Assembly: GCA_964016885.1 (NCBI GenBank)
Contig: OZ024740.1
Location: 228,160,001 to 228,224,000 of the forward strand
Length of the DNA: 64,000 nucleotides
Direction of reading: 5' to 3'
Origin: Eledone cirrhosa
Lineage: Eukaryota
Shown here: in pieces, positions 58,075 through 64,000 of the stretch
Layout of the letters: the number at the start of each line of letters is the position of its first letter
How positions within the stretch are numbered: position 1 is the first letter of the stretch
Program-made: the position numbers and the translations under genes
Notes under the pieces: model-generated
Told to the model about the DNA's origin: nothing
What the model saw: the letters and a program-made list of their open reading frames with translations, nothing else
The model's database searches: none

Positions 58075-60678
58075 GGAGTGAGAACGAGAGAGACTGAGAG
58101 AACATAGAGAGAGGGAGAGGGAGAGGGAGAGAGAGAGAATAGGAGAGACAAGGAGAGAGACTGAGAGAAACATAGAGAGAGGGAGAGAGACTGAGAGATA
58201 GAATAGGAGAGAGAAGGAGAGAGACTGGGAGAAACATTGAGAGAGGGAGAGAGAGAGAGAATAGGAGAGACAAGGAGAGAGACTGAGTGAAACATAGCGA
58301 GAGGGAGAGAGAGAGAGAGAGAGAATAGGAGAGAGAAGGAGAGAGACTGAGAGAAACATAGAGAGAGAGAGAGAGAGGGAGAGAGAGAATAGGAGAGAGA
58401 AGGAGAGAGACTGGGAGGAAAACATAGAGAGAGGGAGAGAGAGAGAGAATAGGAGAGGGACAAGGAGAGAGACAGAGAGAAACATAGAGAGAGGGAGAGA
58501 GAGGAGAATAGGGAGAGAGAAGGAAGAGAGACTGAGAGAAACATAGAGAGAGGGAGAGAGAGAGAGAGAGAGAGAGAATAGGAGAGGCAAGGAGAGAGAC
58601 TGAGAGAAACATAGAGAGAGGGAGAGAGAGAGAATAAGAGAGACAAGGAGAGAGACTGAGATAAACATAGAGAGAGGGAGAGAGAGAGAGAATAGGAGAG
58701 ACAAGGAGAGAGACTGGGTGAAACGTAGAGAGAGGGAGAGAGAGAAAGAATAGGAGAGACAAGGAGAGAGACTGAGAGAAACATAGAGGGAGGGAGAGAG
58801 AGAGAGAGAATAGGAGAGACAAGGATAGAGACTGAGAGAAACATAGAGAGAGGGAGAGAGAGAATAAGAGAGACAAGGAGAGAGACTGAGAGAAACATAG
58901 AGAGAGGGGGTGAGAGAGAGAGAGGGAATAGGAGAGACAAGGAGAGAGACTGGGTGAAACATAGAGTGAGGGAGAGAGAGAAAGAATAGGAGAGACAAGG
59001 AGAGAGACAGAGAGAAACATAGAGAGAGGGAGAGAGAGAGAGAATAGGAGAGAGAAGGAGAGGAGACTGAGAGAAACATAGAGAGAGGGAGAGAGAGAGA
59101 GAGAGAATAGGAGAGGCAAGGAGAGAGACTGAGAGAAACATAGAGAGAGGGAGAGAGAGAGAATAAGAGAGACAAGGAGAGAGACTGAGATAAACATAGA
59201 GAGAGGGAGAGAGAGAGGAGAATAGGAGAGACAAGGAGAGAGACTGGTGTGAAACGTAGAGAGAGGGAGAGAGAGAAAGAATAGGAGAGACAAGGAGAGA
59301 GACAGAGAAACATAGAGGGAGGGAGAGAGAGAGAGAGAATAGGAGAGACAAGGATAGAGACTGAGAGAAACATTAGAGAGAGGGAGAGAGAGAGAGAATA
59401 AGAGAGACAAGGAGAGAGACTGAGAGAAACATAGAGAGAGGGGTGAGAGAGAGAGAGGGAATAGGAGAGACAAGGAGAGAGACTGGGTGAAACATAGAGT
59501 GAGGGAGAGAGAGAAAGAATAAGAGAGACAAGGAGAGAGGACTGGGAGAAAACATAGAGAGAGGGAGAGAGAGAGAGAATAGGAGAGAGAAGGAGAGAGG
59601 CTGGGAGAAACATAGAGAGAGGGAGAGAGAGAGAGAATAGGAGAGAGAAGGCGAGAGACTGGGTGAAACGTAGAGAGAGGGAGAGAGAGAAAGAATAGGA
59701 GAGACAAGGAGAGAGACTGAGAGAAACATAGAGGGAGGGAGAGAGAGAGAGAGAATAGGAGAGACAAGGATAGAGACTGAGAGAAACATAGAGAGAGGGA
59801 GAGAGAGAATAAGAGAGACAAGGAGAGAGACTGAGAGAAACATAGAGAGAGGGGGTGAGAGAGAGAGAGGGAATAGGAGAGACAAGGAGAGAGGACTGGG
59901 TGAAAACATAGAGTGAGGGAGAGAGAGAAAGAATAGGAGAGACAAGGAGAGAGACAGAGAGAAACATAGAGAGAGGGAGAGAGAGAGAGAATAGGAGAGA
60001 GAAGGAGAGAGACTGAGAGAAACATAGAGAGAGGGAGAGAGAGAGAGAGAGAATAGGAGAGGCAAGGAGAGAGACTGAGAGAAACATAGAGAGAGGGAGA
60101 GAGAGAGAATAAGAGAGACAAGGAGAGAGACTGAGATAAACATAGAGAGAGGGAGAGAGAGAGAGAATAGGAGAGACAAGGAGAGAGACTGGGTGAAACG
60201 TAGAGAGAGGGAGAGAGAGAAAGAATAGGAGAGACAAGGAGAGAGACAGAGAAACATAGAGGGAGGGAGAGAGAGAGAGAGAATAGGAGAGACAAGGATA
60301 GAGACTGAGAGAAACATAGAGAGAGGGAGAGAGAGAGAGAATAAGAGAGACAAGGAGAGAGACTGAGAGAAACATAGAGAGAGGGGGTGAGAGAGAGAGA
60401 GGGAATAGGAGAGACAAGGAGAGAGACTGGGTGAAACATAGAGTGAGGGAGAGAGAGAAAGAATAAGGAGAGACAAGGAGAGAGAGACTGGGAGAAACAT
60501 AGAGAGAGGGAGAGAGAGAGAGAGAATAGGAGAGAGAAGGAGAGAGGCTGGGAAGAAACATAGAGAGAGGGAGAGAGAGAGAGAATAGGAGAGAGAAGGC
60601 GAGAGACTGGGGAGAAACATAGAGAGAGGGAGAGAGAGAGAGAGAATAGGAGAGACAATGAGAGCGACTGAGAGAAAC

Positions 60679-60731
<53 letters not shown>

Positions 60732-60859
60732 GAGAGAGAGAGAGAGAGAGAGAATAGTAGAGAGAATGAGAGAGGACTGGGAGAAACATAGAGAGAGGAG
60801 AGAGAGAGAGAGAGAGAGAATAGGAGAGAGAAGGAGAGAGGCTGAGAGAAACATAGAGA

Positions 60860-60952
<93 letters not shown>

Positions 60953-60960
60953 GGAGGAAA
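56995..60960. repeat. Purine-rich ~60-bp minisatellite with variable (GA)n
   Basis: Unit AATAGGAGAGACAAGGAGAGAGACTGAGAGAAACATAGAGAGAGGG(AG)n; source of the L/S-rich minus-strand ORFs. Confidence 0.95.
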
Positions 60961-61120
60961 AAAGGGTGTGCGTGCGTTTGTAGCTAGAGAAAGAGGGAAA
61001 GTGTAAGAGAGAGAGAATGAGAGGAGATAGTGACAGAGAGAGCGAGATATAGAGACAACGAGAGAGAGAGAGAATGGGGAGAGAGAGATAGAGAGAGATA
61101 TAGATAGAGAGAGCGAGCGC

Positions 61121-61152
<32 letters not shown>

Positions 61153-61350
61153 AACAGAGAGTGATAGTGAGGGAGCGAGAGAGAGCGTGTAAGAGAAAAA
61201 GAAAATGTGTGTGTGTCTGTGAAGAGAGAGGACAGGCAGTTTATGTGTGTGAAAAGAGAGAGTAAATAGAGGATGATAGAAAGAAAGAGAGGGGGGGGTG
61301 TATGCGAGAAGGATAGTGTATATATGTGTGAGAGAGTGACAAAGATCAAG

Positions 61351-64000
61351 ATGGTGGTGTTGGAGGTGGTGGTATTGGAGATGGTGGTGTTGGAGTTGGT
61401 GGTGTTGGAGGTGGTGGTTTGGCGGTGGTGGTGTTGGTGGTGGCGGTGTTGGAGGTGGTGGTGCTGGAGGTGGTGGTATTGGAGGTGGTGGTGTTGGAGG
61501 TGGTGGTGTTGGTGGTGGTGGTGTTGGCGGTGGTGGTGTTGGAGGTGGTGGTATTGGAGGTGGTGGTGTTGGAGGTGGTGGTGTTGGCGGTGGTAGTGTT
61601 GGTGGTGGTGGTGTTGGTGGCGGTGGTATTGGCGGTGGTGGTGGTGGTGGTGGTGGTGTTGGAGGTGGCGGTGTTGGAGGTGGCGGTATTGGAGGTGGTG
61701 GTGTTGGAGGTGGTGGTATTGGCGGTGGTGGTGGTGGTGGTGGTGGTGTTGGAGGTGGCGGTGTTGGAGGTGGTGCTGTTGGAGGTGGTGGTGTTGGAGG
61801 TGGTGGTGTTGGAGGTGGTGGTATTGGAGGTGGTGGTGTTGGAGGTGGTGCTGTTGGAGGTGGTGGTGTTGGAGGTGGTGGTGGTGGTGGTGGTGGTGTT
61901 GGAGGTGGTGGTGTTGGAGGTGGTGGTATTGGAGGTGGTGGTGCTGGAGGTGGTGGTGTTGGAGGTGGTGGTGTTGGAGGTGGTGGTATTGGCGGTGGTG
62001 GTGTTGGCGGTGGCGGTATTGGAGGTGGCGGTGTTGGAGGTGGTGGTATTGGAGGTGGTGGTGCTGGAGGTGGTGGTGTTGGAGGTGGTGGTATTGGCGG
62101 TGGTGGTGTTGGAGGTGGCGGTATTGGAGGTGGCGGTGTTGGAGGTGGTGGTATTGGAGGTGGTGGTGTTGGAGGTGGTGGTATTGGAGGTGGTGGTGTT
62201 GGAGGTGGCGGTATTGGAGGTGACGGTGTTGGAGGTGGTGGTATTGGAGGTGGTGGTGCTGGAGGTGGTGGTGTTGGCGGTGGTGGTGTTGGAGGTGGCG
62301 GTGTTGGTGGTGGCGGTGTTGGAGGTGGTGGTGCTGGAGGTGGTGGTGTTGGAGGTGGTGGTGTTGGAGGTGGTGGTGTTGGAGGTGGTGGTGTTGGAGG
62401 TGGTGCTGTTGGAGGTGGTGGTGTTGGAGGTGGTGGTGGTGGTGGTGGTGGTGTTGGAGGTGGTGGTGTTGGAGGTGGTGGTATTGGAGGTGGTGGTGGT
62501 GGTGGTGGTGGTGGTGTTGGAGGTGGTGGTGTTGGAGGTGGTGGTATTGGAGGTGGTGGTGTTGGTGGTGGCGGTGTTGGAGGTGGTGGTGCTGGAGGTG
62601 GTGGTATTGGAGGTGGTGGTGTTGGAGGTGGTGGTGTTGGTGGTGGTGGTATTGGAGGTGGTGGTGGTGGTGGTGGTGGTGTTGGAGGTGGTGGTGTTGG
62701 AGGTGGTGGTATTGGAGGTGGTGGTGTTGGCGGTGGTGGTGTTGGCGGTGGTGGTATTGGAGGTGGTGGTGTTGGCGGTGGTGGTGTTGGAGGTGGTGGT
62801 TGTGGCGGCGGTGGTGTTGGAGGTGGCGGTGTTGGAGGTGGTGGTATTGGAGGTGGTGGTGGTGGTGGTGTTGGAGGTGGTGGTGTTGGAGGTGGTGGTG
62901 GTGGTGGTGGTGGTGGTGTTGGAGGTGGTGGTGTTGGTGGTGGCGGTGTTGGAGGTGGTGGTGCTGGAGGTGGTGGTGTTGGAGGTGGTGGTGTTGGTGG
63001 TGGTGGTGTTGGCGGCGGTGGTGTTGGAGGTGGTGGTGGTGGTGGTGGTGGTGTTGGAGGTGGTGGTGTTGGTGGTGGCGGTGTTGGAGGTGGTGGTGCT
63101 GGAGGTGGTGGTGTTGGAGGTGGTGGTGTTGGAGGTGGTGGTGTTGGCGGCGGTGGTATTGGAGGTGGTGGTGTTGGCGGTGGTGGTGTTGGCGGCGGTG
63201 GTGTTGGAGGTGGCGGTGTTGGAGGTGGTGGTGCTGGAGGTGGTGGTGTTGGTGGTGGTGGTGTTGGCGGCGGTGGTGTTGGAGGTGGTGGTGTTGGAGG
63301 TGGTGGTGTTGGAGGTGGTGGTATTGGAGGTGGTGGTGGTGGTGGTGGTGGTGTTGGAGGTGGTGGTGTTGGTGGTGGCGGTGCTGGAGGTGGTGGTGTT
63401 GGTGGTGGTGGTGTTGGCGGCGGTGGTGTTGGAGGTGGTGGTGTTGGAGGTGGTGGTGTTGGAGGTGGTGGTATTGGAGGTGGTGGTGTTGGTGGTGGCG
63501 GTGTTGGAGGTGGTGGTGCTGGAGGTGGTGGGTGTTGGCGGCGGTGGTGTTGGAGGTGGCGGTGTTGGAGGTGGTGGTGCTGGAGGTGGTGGTGTTGGCG
63601 GCGGTGGTGTTGGAGGTGGTGGTATTGGAGGTGGTGGTGGTGGAGGTGGTGGTATTGGCGGTGGTGGTGTTGGCGGTGGCGGTATTGGAGGTGGCGGTGT
63701 TGGAGGTGGTGGTATTGGAGGTGGTGGTGCTGGAGGTGGTGGTGTTGGAGGTGGTGGTATTGGCGGTGGTGGTGTTGGAGGTGGCGGTATTGGAGGTGGC
63801 GGTGTTGGAGGTGGTGGTATTGGAGGTGGTGGTGTTGGAGGTGGTGGTATTGGAGGTGGTGGTGTTGGAGGTGGCGGTATTGGAGGTGACGGTGTTGGAG
63901 GTGGTGGTATTGGAGGTGGTGGTGCTGGAGGTGGTGGTGTTGGCGGTGGTGGTGTTGGAGGTGGCGGTGTTGGTGGTGGCGGTGTTGGAGGTGGTGGTGC
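61351..64000. repeat. 15-bp G-rich tandem repeat (GGAGGTGGTGGTGTT)n, runs off the window end
   Basis: Direct reading. Confidence 0.95.

Noticed and set aside
56935-60854. 1284-aa and other Leu/Ser-rich ORFs
   Set aside because: The CT-rich strand has few stop codons; all three frames are open
61351-64000. Telomeric repeat or glycine-rich protein
   Set aside because: The unit is a 15-mer, not TTAGGG; no supporting gene structure

Overview
Eukaryotic, apparently gene-free and repeat-saturated DNA. The SINE families and microsatellite load suggest an octopus/coleoid cephalopod genome (inference). No host protein-coding gene is supportable; nearly all ORFs in the track are translations of simple repeats. 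The one real long ORF (8325..10082) is the RT/zinc-knuckle/restriction-like endonuclease of a 5'-truncated but uninterrupted R4/Dong-clade non-LTR retrotransposon. Four R4 insertions from two families all sit in (CATA)n microsatellite in the same orientation and phase, which points to a tetranucleotide-microsatellite-specific R4 lineage. The same (ATGT)n tract holds two short RTE-derived elements with target-site duplications. (TA)n tracts hold three fold-back elements whose arms match within each copy, one hammerhead-bearing Penelope-like remnant and a decayed hAT (hATm-like) transposon. A further type I hammerhead lies between two inverted SINEs. Also present are many tRNA-derived SINEs, a nested SINE/MITE/SINE, decayed RTE, Tx1 and CR1/Jockey-group fragments, and large minisatellites, two of which can be traced to transposon sequence. 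All alignments and folds were done by eye.
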